A stretch of DNA of 64,000 bases from an uncultured Candidatus Saccharibacteria bacterium (GTDB lineage Bacteria; Patescibacteriota; Saccharimonadia; Saccharimonadales; CAYVSP01), in the NCBI GenBank assembly GCA_964584265.1, contig CAZOZI010000001.1:75691-139690 (forward strand). Reading direction: 5' to 3'. Shown piece after piece: positions 56,615-64,000 of the stretch. A program made the translations under genes and the position numbers. The notes beneath the pieces were generated by a model. The model did no database searches. It saw only the letters and a list, made by a program, of their open reading frames with translations, and was not told the origin of the DNA. Position 1 is the stretch's first letter. Each line of letters begins with the position of its first letter.

Positions 56615-57001
56615 TCAAGTTTCCTTAACTAATTGCTTTAATGTTCTTAAACGATCGTGCACAGTAGCATCAAGTTGTAAATCTAAGGCTTCTAGCTGCA
56701 CTCCACCAACAACTTTTGGATCTTGTTGCTCATTGAGAATAAGATTATCAGCGTTCAAAAAATTGGCGATTTCGCGTTTCAGTTCAGCATTGAGCGCATA
56801 CGCAGTCGTAGCAGTCGCTTCCATGACACCGTAACGCTCTGCTCGGATTTTGGCGACGTCACGCATCAAGCTATTAAGTTCATTCGTTCTATGCTCTTGC
56901 ACTAGGTACTCAGCCACCTCAGCAGCCAAGTGCTCAGTGTTCTCTTCTTGTATCAAACGTGTAATAGTCTCAGCCAATTGTTTGCGAGTCAACTTATTCA
57001 T
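56615..57001 (-). CDS. atpH: F1 ATP synthase subunit delta (OSCP), unusually short
   Basis: 128 aa. The C-terminal part ([21 protein letters not shown]...[28 protein letters not shown]) matches the delta pattern. The N-terminal domain is about 50 aa shorter than usual. ATGA overlap with atpF. Confidence 0.8.
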   Translation of the reverse strand: MNKLTRKQLAETITRLIQEENTEHLAAEVAEYLVQEHRTNELNSLMRDVAKIRAERYGVMEATATTAYALNAELKREIANFLNADNLILNEQQDPKVVGGVQLEALDLQLDATVHDRLRTLKQLVKET

Positions 57002-57555
57002 GGGTGGCGATCTCCACTGAGCGCGTGCTCAATCAATCTAGTATCTTTTTGATTATCAAGCTTTTCACCAATCACAACTTCCGCTGCTTCAGCCACCAGT
57101 TCAAGCATGTCTTTCTCCAGCTGCTTACGAGCTCTTATCATATCTTCTTCAATTTTGGCTTGAGCGTCAGCTAATAGAACAGCAGTTTTGCGCGCTGCGC
57201 TGGCTTCTGCTTCTTTTAACATGTCACGCACTTCCTGATGACCAGTCGATATGATTTTGTCCGCTTCTGTTCTTGCGGCACGTAGGGTTTGTTCAGTTTT
57301 GACGTCAAGCTCTTCTTTGGCCTTTTGCATCTCCATGCCAAGTGTCACGCCGCTGTCAATTGTTTCCTGACGTTTCTCAAGCATGGCAACAATCTTGCTA
57401 AGCGCAAACTTCTTAAGCAACCAGAATACAATTACAAAAGTGGCAATCTGTAAGAGTAAAGCCTTAACATCTAGACCAAGCGCAGCAATACCGCCGGTTG
57501 ATTCACCGGATCCTTCTGCGAATATATGACTTGTATTAAGTATTACTTGTAACAT
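56998..57555 (-). CDS. atpF: Fo ATP synthase subunit b
   Basis: 185 aa. Single N-terminal TM (LLLQIATFVIVFWLL) followed by a long charged helix. Position between c and delta. Confidence 0.85.
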   Translation of the reverse strand: MLQVILNTSHIFAEGSGESTGGIAALGLDVKALLLQIATFVIVFWLLKKFALSKIVAMLEKRQETIDSGVTLGMEMQKAKEELDVKTEQTLRAARTEADKIISTGHQEVRDMLKEAEASAARKTAVLLADAQAKIEEDMIRARKQLEKDMLELVAEAAEVVIGEKLDNQKDTRLIEHALSGDRHP

Positions 57556-57578
57556 TATTTCCTTGTTTACTTAGCAAC

Positions 57579-57684
57579 TTTCTGCGAGCGGAGTTTTAGG
57601 AAGGAGCGAAGCCCCGAGCGATTCGTATTGCTTGATACGATGAGCGCGGACTGGAGCTCCTGACACCAAAGTCCGCCGCAGAAA
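57579..57684 (-). promoter_or_regulatory. Structured intercistronic element between atpE and atpF
   Basis: Outer inverted repeat TTTCTGCGAGCGGA (57579-57592) / TCCGCCGCAGAAA (57672-57684). It encloses nested helices AGGAGC/GCTCCT and TCGTAT/ATACGA. Confidence 0.4.
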
Positions 57685-57687
57685 TTG

Positions 57688-57936
57688 TTAAGAAATAGTA
57701 AAGACAACAACTAGAACATAGATGGCAATCGCTTCAACCAAGGCCGCACTAATCAGCAGAATTGGCAATACAACCTTAGAAACCTCTGGATTACGGCCCA
57801 AAGATTTCATAACGCTTGAGCCAATCCAGCCTAAGCTGAAGGCAGGCATTATTGTACCAACTGCAATTGCCATAGCTTTGGCAAAGGTTGGTGAAGCAAA
57901 CGGGGAAGTGCTCGCTTCGGCTAGTATTTGTAACAT
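57688..57936 (-). CDS. atpE: Fo ATP synthase subunit c
   Basis: 82 aa two-helix hairpin. The loop is GRNPE and the second helix has a conserved carboxylate (LVEAIAIYVLVV). Confidence 0.9.
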   Translation of the reverse strand: MLQILAEASTSPFASPTFAKAMAIAVGTIMPAFSLGWIGSSVMKSLGRNPEVSKVVLPILLISAALVEAIAIYVLVVVFTIS

Positions 57937-58000
57937 TGTTAGTCTCCCTTTTTAAATTACTTGATTACTTTTACCACATCATCGTTAATATGACGACCCA

Positions 58001-58822
58001 TTATGCCACAGAACCCTGCCGCATCTCGGTTTGTTCATCTGTATGATCTGGTTCTGAAGAATGTGCTTCATCATGATGGCTAGTAGCCAAGCTCAGGTAA
58101 ACAATGACCAACATGGTGAAGACAAAGGCTTGGATGAAGCCGACAAACAGCTCCATAAGTATAAACGGCAAAGTAGCTGCCGGCGAAAAGTAGCTAGTAA
58201 TAGAGGACAGTACCAAAAGCAATACTTCACCAGCAAAAATATTGCCAAATAAACGCAGCGCCAGGCTAGCCACACGAGTTAATTCACCTAATACTTCAAG
58301 AAAACCAACGAACAGATTGATAGGATTCCAAGGTTGTTTACTAAAGTAATGGCTGGCAAATCCCTTAAAGCCCAGCTCCCTGGCCGAATATATTAAAACT
58401 AGAATGATTGAGGTTATGGAAAGAGCTAACGTGCCGGTTAAATCAGACGTCCATGCTCTAAAGAGCGGCTCGCCGTGGTACATAATGCTACCCACTCCAG
58501 GTAAAAGCCCAAACCAGTTGTTGAACATGATGAAACAAAACAGTGTGATCAAAAATGGGGCATAACGGGCTGCTTTTTTACGATCATGCATGACACCTAC
58601 AGTTAAGCTTATGACGCCTTCGCAAAGAATCTCAATTAAACTTATAGCTTTGCCGCCCGCCATTAGCTTAATTCTAGGTGCGGCAACCATAAAAACTAAA
58701 ACCAGCAGCGCACTAACCAGCCAGCCGAGCAGCATGGAGTTGGTTATATTTAGTCCGCCGAGCTGGAATAACCGCTCAGAATGCAGAACTACATTAAAAT
58801 CGTTAGCTACTAATATATTCAT
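58001..58822 (-). CDS. atpB: Fo ATP synthase subunit a
   Basis: 273 aa polytopic protein. Conserved LALRLFGNIFAGE motif with the essential Arg. Confidence 0.9.
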   Translation of the reverse strand: MNILVANDFNVVLHSERLFQLGGLNITNSMLLGWLVSALLVLVFMVAAPRIKLMAGGKAISLIEILCEGVISLTVGVMHDRKKAARYAPFLITLFCFIMFNNWFGLLPGVGSIMYHGEPLFRAWTSDLTGTLALSITSIILVLIYSARELGFKGFASHYFSKQPWNPINLFVGFLEVLGELTRVASLALRLFGNIFAGEVLLLVLSSITSYFSPAATLPFILMELFVGFIQAFVFTMLVIVYLSLATSHHDEAHSSEPDHTDEQTEMRQGSVA

Positions 58823-59106
58823 TACTTGGTGTCTTTCTTGAAAAAGTCCGGATAAGCCACCTGAATTTGGCGGTAAACCAGCAGTCCTGCCACAGCTAAA
58901 GCCAGAAACAAGCCAGAAGTTATAAATAGGGGCTTAGTACCTATGGCTTTATCGAGCTTGTTTCCAACTAGCGTAAAAAGAATTATGGGCACAGCTACAC
59001 GCCACGCAGTATCTGCTAGCTGCAAACCAACAGCAAGCCCACTGACCGTGGATTTTGATCCACCCCCAGTTTTAGTCGTCGTTCCTTGAGCGGCGGCTTT
59101 TCCCAT
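58822..59106 (-). CDS. AtpI/AtpZ-like small membrane protein at head of atp operon
   Basis: 94 aa, two TM segments. TAATG overlap with atpB. Confidence 0.6.
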   Translation of the reverse strand: MGKAAAQGTTTKTGGGSKSTVSGLAVGLQLADTAWRVAVPIILFTLVGNKLDKAIGTKPLFITSGLFLALAVAGLLVYRQIQVAYPDFFKKDTK

Positions 59107-59148
59107 GTAGAGTTCAGTGTAACAAAAATAACAGAGGAGCTCAAGAGG

Positions 59149-59775
59149 TTATTTTGTAAACTCAAGGGCTTTCTTGAGACGCGCCGAAGGAGTCAGTGTC
59201 GTACTGGCACCACCACAACTAGCCGGATCTTTTTCCTGGTTCTCTTTATGGGCTGTTCGTGGAATGCTGTCATATTCTTTTTTAAGTTCAGTGCTGGCTT
59301 GATTACCAAAATTAATTAGAAGCACATCTTCATTGCCAATAACTTTGTCTGCTACATTCTGAAATTCATGCCCATTAAGCGTGAAAGTAAGCTTGCCATC
59401 ATTGCCACTTACATATGTACCCTGGTTAGTAACTAGTACGCTGTCACCAAGCGTATAGCCTAAATTTGCAAAAAAATCGCTCCAAGTTACCGCATTGTCA
59501 TGTACATGCACCAAAGCGCTCTCTTGATTATGCATATGAACTCGTGCCTTTGGATCATTCTTGTTATCGGCGCTGCAAGCTTGAACTTCTTCATAATAAC
59601 CTGGTCCTTTGAACTCGTCCCGAACACCATTAACATACAGTGCAAAATTGGCATGGTAGTGTACTGCATCACTCTTGACGTTTGCAAATCGGATAGCAAA
59701 CAAGATTACGGCACCCAGCACCATACCAACAGCTAATAACAACCAACTAAATCGTTTGTGCCACGCTTTCTTCAT
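59149..59775 (-). CDS. Membrane-anchored His-rich hypothetical protein
   Basis: ATG at 59775 (MKKAWHKRFSWLLLAVG...) chosen over the TTG at 59793. N-terminal anchor. Contains HYHANF and HMHNQESALVHVHDN His clusters. Confidence 0.5.
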   Translation of the reverse strand: MKKAWHKRFSWLLLAVGMVLGAVILFAIRFANVKSDAVHYHANFALYVNGVRDEFKGPGYYEEVQACSADNKNDPKARVHMHNQESALVHVHDNAVTWSDFFANLGYTLGDSVLVTNQGTYVSGNDGKLTFTLNGHEFQNVADKVIGNEDVLLINFGNQASTELKKEYDSIPRTAHKENQEKDPASCGGASTTLTPSARLKKALEFTK

Positions 59776-59795
59776 GCGTTTAGTATAATACAAGT

Positions 59796-60035
59796 ATGGT
59801 CACTGTATATTCCAGCCCAACCTGTGCTTACTGCCACATGGCTATGCACTATTTTGACTCCAAGCATGTCAAATATACCGAGAAGGACATTTCCATGGAC
59901 CGCGAAGCCATGGATTGGGTCTATAACCACGTTGGTCAATTAGCTACGCCCGTCATAGATATTGATGGCATTACCATTTTGGGATTTGATCGATCTAAAA
60001 TTGACGAAGCCCTGCGTGCAAAAAAGCTGGTGTGA
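59796..60035 (+). CDS. Glutaredoxin/NrdH-like thiol-disulfide protein
   Basis: 79 aa. VTVYSSPTCAYCHMAMHYF contains a CxxC active site. Thioredoxin-fold length and pattern (VIDIDGITILGFD). Confidence 0.8.
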   Translation: MVTVYSSPTCAYCHMAMHYFDSKHVKYTEKDISMDREAMDWVYNHVGQLATPVIDIDGITILGFDRSKIDEALRAKKLV

Positions 60036-60111
60036 GTTTTATCACATATCTGGTGTATCTCTTGAAATAACCTAAGCTATATCTGTATAATTATAGTAGG
60101 AGGATGATCAG

Positions 60112-60603
60112 ATGGTCGAAACAGCACCACCTCTGGGAGAAAACCATGGCCATTCCCCGGACGACGAGGAAAGGCAACTAAAGCTCGTCGACGACGAAGG
60201 CCTAGAGCGGCCTTTTTTTAACTCTAAAGGGCGTCATATTTCTGACCTGCCATTAGATGAACTTAACTTTGACCCATTTAAACGTGCTCCTATTGAACAA
60301 GAAAGTTTTGATCCACTACCTGCCACACGATTCATTATCGAAGCTACATTTGGCGGTGTTCATGAGGAACAATTTACTGCCCAGTACGAACGGAGCTTAG
60401 GTTTGGTCTTAGCTGCTGGCGATGATAGAGAAGAACAAGCTAAACTCGATAATCAAATGGACACTTTATATGACTATTTTGCTAAGCAGGCACCTAGACT
60501 TATAGATGTTACTAAAGCCTTCCGCGAGCGTCAGGTAGTAAACGCCCCAGAATCAATAACTATTATGCGACTGAGCTTCTTGGTGGCCACGCAATACGCC
60601 TAA
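60112..60603 (+). CDS. Hypothetical acidic protein (163 aa)
   Basis: AGGAGGA SD at 60099-60105. No motif recognised. Confidence 0.5.
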   Translation: MVETAPPLGENHGHSPDDEERQLKLVDDEGLERPFFNSKGRHISDLPLDELNFDPFKRAPIEQESFDPLPATRFIIEATFGGVHEEQFTAQYERSLGLVLAAGDDREEQAKLDNQMDTLYDYFAKQAPRLIDVTKAFRERQVVNAPESITIMRLSFLVATQYA

Positions 60604-60650
60604 GACCAGAGCCCTTGCTTTGAAGCAATAGTTTATTAATACTAAAGTCT

Positions 60651-61220
60651 ATGGCGTTTGAGAATTTCAAAACTAAGAAATCGGTAGTTATAGTCTATAC
60701 AGGTGAAGGCAAGGGTAAAACTAGTGCGTCACTTGGGTTGGTTACACGAGCTTTGGGCAATCGCTACAAGGTAGCATTTATTCAGTTTATTAAGCACTGG
60801 GGCGTGGGTGAGCACGTTTTTCTGCGAGACATTACACCGTTATTTAAAGACCAGCTGTTTTTCTATCGAGGGGGTAAGGGCTTTTACAAAGCCGGTGAGC
60901 TCAGTGAGCAGCACATTACTGAGAAGCAGCATCAGCAAGCCGCCGCTGATACGTATAAAAAGGCGTTCGAGTGTGTTTCGAGTGGTGAGTACGATGTGGT
61001 CATCTGCGACGAGATTAATAACGCTGTGCATGATGGCTTATTAACACAAAAACAACTGGAGACTTTGATAAAAAAGCGCTCGCCCAAAACTAGCCTATGT
61101 TTAACGGGGCGTAATTTCCCAAAAGAACTTTTACCGCTTGCCGATATTGTCACTGATATGAAAAAAGTAAAGCATCATTTTGATGAAAAGTACCTAGCCA
61201 ATAAAGGTATTGATTTTTAA
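60651..61220 (+). CDS. CobO/BtuR-like ATP:corrinoid adenosyltransferase-family P-loop protein
   Basis: 189 aa. YTGEGKGKTSASLGLVTRALGNRYKVAFIQFIK, VVICDEIN and a C-terminal KHHFDEKYLANKGIDF match the CobA/CobO pattern. Confidence 0.75.
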   Translation: MAFENFKTKKSVVIVYTGEGKGKTSASLGLVTRALGNRYKVAFIQFIKHWGVGEHVFLRDITPLFKDQLFFYRGGKGFYKAGELSEQHITEKQHQQAAADTYKKAFECVSSGEYDVVICDEINNAVHDGLLTQKQLETLIKKRSPKTSLCLTGRNFPKELLPLADIVTDMKKVKHHFDEKYLANKGIDF

Positions 61221-61246
61221 ACCCTTTTGTGCTCTAATTAGTAATT

Positions 61247-61786
61247 ATGCGTCCTAGTAGGTCTGTTGCGTTAGCTGAGTTACCGGCAGTTGTGTATATG
61301 CCTAATGGAGGGAGCCACGACTTTTCTTTTACGCCCAGTATGGATGATTACGATAATATGGGAATTGCTCTAGAGGAAGCCAAGAAGGCAAAAGAAAAAG
61401 GCGATTCACCAATCGGCGCTGTCCTTATAACTCCAGATGGTGAAAAATTCCCTGCTCATACCACAGAGTTCCAGGACGACGACCTTATCGGTCATGCTGA
61501 AATGCACTGCGTGGAGAATGCCCGCAATAAGATAGGCCGTAATTTGGGGGCTTGCATGCTACTTACAACAGCTGAACCGTGCTTAGGCTGCGCTTATTTT
61601 CTAGATAAAGGTAGTCTTGGAATGTTAATCGTTGGTGCAACCCGCGAAGATGCTCCTGAATTTTTCAGACGTCGTGATACTTTACATACAGTCTGGAAAG
61701 ATTCAAGGCGTAATCTTACTGTTGTAAAGGGTTTGCGTAAAATTGAAGCAGCAGAACTATTGACTGCACAGAGCAAGCGACATTAG
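61247..61786 (+). CDS. CDA-fold zinc deaminase (TadA/guanine/dCMP deaminase-like); start uncertain
   Basis: The HAEMHC ... PCLGCAYF zinc-binding motifs define the cytidine/deoxycytidylate deaminase fold. The conserved core starts near ATG 61340. Confidence 0.75.
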   Translation: MRPSRSVALAELPAVVYMPNGGSHDFSFTPSMDDYDNMGIALEEAKKAKEKGDSPIGAVLITPDGEKFPAHTTEFQDDDLIGHAEMHCVENARNKIGRNLGACMLLTTAEPCLGCAYFLDKGSLGMLIVGATREDAPEFFRRRDTLHTVWKDSRRNLTVVKGLRKIEAAELLTAQSKRH

Positions 61787-61788
61787 CC

Positions 61789-62340
61789 ATGCTTATAACA
61801 GATAATCTAATCTACGAACCAGGCAAAATTCCCCCAGAACTTGCCACTCAAGCGGCCTTGGAAGCCGTAGAATTGCAGCAGAATGTGGACTTCTGGACAG
61901 CCATCGAAGGAGTAGCTCAGATCGAGTACTCCGCTGCACGTCAGCAAGGAGGAGATGCGCCATTCATAACCATACGGCCTCACTCAGAACGAGTATTTAA
62001 GCTACTGCCTCATATTAATGAGGTTGCGCGAACGCTAAATTTACTACCACCAAGATTGTTCCACTTAAACTATTCGCAAAAGGGGCAGTGGGTACCGCCT
62101 CATCGCGACATGAGTTCGGGCAAAGCCAAAATAGTAACTCTTTGTGGTACAGGTAGATTTGCCACACATAGTACGTTAGACGCAACCAAAGAGGAGGTAC
62201 CACTCCATCAAGTAGAAGTTGGCCCCGGAGACTATGTGAGGCTAGACAATAACATGGCACTTGGATACCGTGCTATCCACTCAGCTCTAAATATTGGCAC
62301 CGTTGATCGTATCTCGTTAGGCATACCTGTTCGTGACTAG
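61789..62340 (+). CDS. Putative 2OG-Fe(II) oxygenase-like protein
   Basis: 183 aa. Possible facial triad HRD (PPHRD) and distal His (AIHSA), followed by RIS (DRISLG). The assignment rests on motif spacing only. Confidence 0.45.
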   Translation: MLITDNLIYEPGKIPPELATQAALEAVELQQNVDFWTAIEGVAQIEYSAARQQGGDAPFITIRPHSERVFKLLPHINEVARTLNLLPPRLFHLNYSQKGQWVPPHRDMSSGKAKIVTLCGTGRFATHSTLDATKEEVPLHQVEVGPGDYVRLDNNMALGYRAIHSALNIGTVDRISLGIPVRD

Positions 62341-62379
62341 TGCATACATTTAGCTGATGAACAATGGTAGGATTGAGTT

Positions 62380-62910
62380 ATGGCAAAACCAACCCTTTAT
62401 CTTATGCTAGGTTATCCAGGAGCAGGCAAGACAACGACCGCCAAAGTCATTCATGAGCTTACTGGAGCAGTCCATTTATGGGCTGATCAAATCAGACGCG
62501 AGCGCTTTGAAAAACCAACTTACAGCCACCAGGAAAACTTGCAATTGTATAAATACCTAAATGAGCTCACGGCTGAGCTGCTAAGAACCGGGCAAAGCGT
62601 CATTTTCGATACTAATTTCAATTTCTATAAAGATCGCCAACGCTTAAGACAGATTGCTAAAAAACATAGTGCCAAGATTAGGCTACTTTGGATTAAAACA
62701 TCCAAAGAAATAGCCAAAGAACGTGCTACCGACAATGCCCACGCCCAACACACTCGTGTCCTAGGCAATATGCAACTAAAAGATTTTGAACGCATGACCG
62801 CTAATCTAGAACCGCCGCATGACAACGAGCGATATATAGATGTTGACGGTACACGCGTTACGCGTGAGTATATTAGCTCTCTTTTGCAGGCTGATGGGTT
62901 GCCCTCATAA
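62380..62910 (+). CDS. P-loop ATPase / predicted kinase (AAA_33-like)
   Basis: 176 aa. Walker A LGYPGAGKTTTAKVI. Same architecture as the 16425-17093 product. Confidence 0.7.
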   Translation: MAKPTLYLMLGYPGAGKTTTAKVIHELTGAVHLWADQIRRERFEKPTYSHQENLQLYKYLNELTAELLRTGQSVIFDTNFNFYKDRQRLRQIAKKHSAKIRLLWIKTSKEIAKERATDNAHAQHTRVLGNMQLKDFERMTANLEPPHDNERYIDVDGTRVTREYISSLLQADGLPS

Positions 62911-64000
62911 GGCGTTTAGCCCTGCGTAAGGCCCGCCGATAGCTTCTACTGCCTGTAATACCTGGAAAAGATTGGCGCAAGCCTGATCGCTCGTAGTCAG
63001 CCAGGCTATCTAGAATTTGTTCTCGAGGCTGGGCTTTGCGGCTAGCCCTGAATTCTGTCGCGTCGTCTGCCCAGAGTGCGTGATTTAAGCTATCGTGGGA
63101 AAGTTCCAGGCGCTGTCCTCGAACACTAGCTACATACAATTGATCGCTCGCTCGACGAAGTACGAGTGCGCCCTTTGCAATTTTTTTACGGGAGGCGTAC
63201 ACCCCAGCAATGCCAAGCACAGCTGACACACCGAGCATATACTTTAAAGCTAGTTCACCTTTCTCTCGCTTTTTCTCTTGGGCAGTTTGGGGGCTTTCAT
63301 ACTTTTCCTTAAAAAAACTGCTCTCAGGTGAACCTGGTGCTAAAGCCGGGGTTGCATCGTGAAGTTCTCCCTGTTTATCAACCGTCTCAAAATGGGCTTC
63401 GTGACTGGTCAATATACTCTCACCTGGCGGCAAATCATCTCCATCGCTGTTGTCAAATCCGATCACAGCGTTTAGTTGATCAGGATTACTCAACCCCAGC
63501 ACCGTGTTTACGACATTACAGTTACCAGCCCGCAGCCTAAGGACTTTTTGGATGTATTCGATGAAATCGGCCGGTGGTCGGTCACCAAATGGCGCAAGTT
63601 CGTAACGAAAAGCGGCCATAGCTGCCGCTTCAGCGTCGATACGCGCCACCGGATCATCTGGTAAAGTGCCACCTAAGAGTTGTTGGAATTCGGCTGCTGC
63701 CGCTCGCGTAATAACAGCCCGGGCTTTGGCTTCCTGCTCTTCAAAAGATTCGGCGCTACTGATGTCCAAAGCCACTATCTCGGTGGGTCGCACGGCATGA
63801 ACCTGAGCTTGCTCAGCCGGTGCCAGCCAATACTCCACCCGTCTTTCGCCGCGTAGTATTGTCGGCTCTATATAAATAAGCTGCTGTCCGCTTGCCAAGG
63901 TGACGCGGCGGAAGACGTTTTGAGCACCTTCGATCCGCATGCCAACAATCTTGGTACCTTCCAAAACCGGCAAATTCAAAACAGCGCAGTATTCTTTCGG
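62873..64000 (-). CDS. Hypothetical protein with one TM segment (5' end probably outside window)
   Basis: The reading frame stays open to the window edge. TM segment YMLGVSAVLGIAGVYA. A possible Cys/His/Asp transglutaminase-like core (AGNCNVV ... HEAHFETVD) is speculative. Confidence 0.45.
   Translation of the reverse strand, partial: PKEYCAVLNLPVLEGTKIVGMRIEGAQNVFRRVTLASGQQLIYIEPTILRGERRVEYWLAPAEQAQVHAVRPTEIVALDISSAESFEEQEAKARAVITRAAAAEFQQLLGGTLPDDPVARIDAEAAAMAAFRYELAPFGDRPPADFIEYIQKVLRLRAGNCNVVNTVLGLSNPDQLNAVIGFDNSDGDDLPPGESILTSHEAHFETVDKQGELHDATPALAPGSPESSFFKEKYESPQTAQEKKREKGELALKYMLGVSAVLGIAGVYASRKKIAKGALVLRRASDQLYVASVRGQRLELSHDSLNHALWADDATEFRASRKAQPREQILDSLADYERSGLRQSFPGITGSRSYRRALRRAKRLMRATHQPAKES

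Overview
The window is 64 kb of densely packed, mostly co-directional core genome from a small streamlined bacterium. I infer a Candidate Phyla Radiation / Saccharibacteria-like host. The evidence is that no L30 gene can fit between rpsE and rplO, several r-proteins carry long charged extensions, many orphan small ORFs are wedged into conserved operons, and the metabolic content is reduced and salvage-type. TGA is used as a stop codon, so the standard code 11 applies.

Content, left to right:
- spc/alpha ribosomal supercluster: rpsH' (5'-truncated by the window edge)-rplF-rplR-rpsE-rplO-secY-infA-rpmJ-rpsM-rpsK-rpsD-rpoA-rplQ-rplM-[leader]-rpsI
- two orphan ORFs, then trpS, an RluD-like synthase, holB, a TPR protein and an MprF-like lipid aminoacylase
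- tRNA-Tyr and tRNA-Thr on the minus strand, tRNA-Thr, [leader]-rpmG and tRNA-Trp
- a P-loop kinase, a YgjP-like hydrolase and a PAS histidine kinase
- secE-nusG-[orf]-rplK-[orf]-rplA
- a dTTP-synthesis cluster: tmk, dcd and a tmk-thyX fusion
- two divergent orphan ORFs with switch-like leaders
- rplJ-rplL, then dnaX, dnaB, ybaB-recR, nrnA-like and cysS
- cell-wall peptidases, tRNA-Gln and a second PAS-HK/receiver module
- a Crp-like regulator, a UvrD-nuclease and an aquaporin
- an F1Fo ATP synthase operon on the minus strand carrying two extra translationally coupled ORFs
- a CobO-like / deaminase / 2OG-oxygenase-like / kinase run

I saw no rRNA, CRISPR array, transposase, integrase or obvious prophage genes.

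The items most worth follow-up are:
1. A 75-nt motif shared upstream of rpsI and rpmG, with two compensatory base-pair changes.
2. A promoter-hairpin-antiterminator-terminator leader in front of an 85-aa orphan ORF, plus a second switch-like leader on the opposite strand.
3. Two acidic small ORFs coupled by ATGA/TAATG/TTGA overlaps inside atpG-atpD-atpC, next to a short delta subunit.
4. The Tmk-ThyX fusion cluster, which splits rplA from rplJ.

All calls rest on reading the sequence and the supplied ORF translations. No database search was possible.
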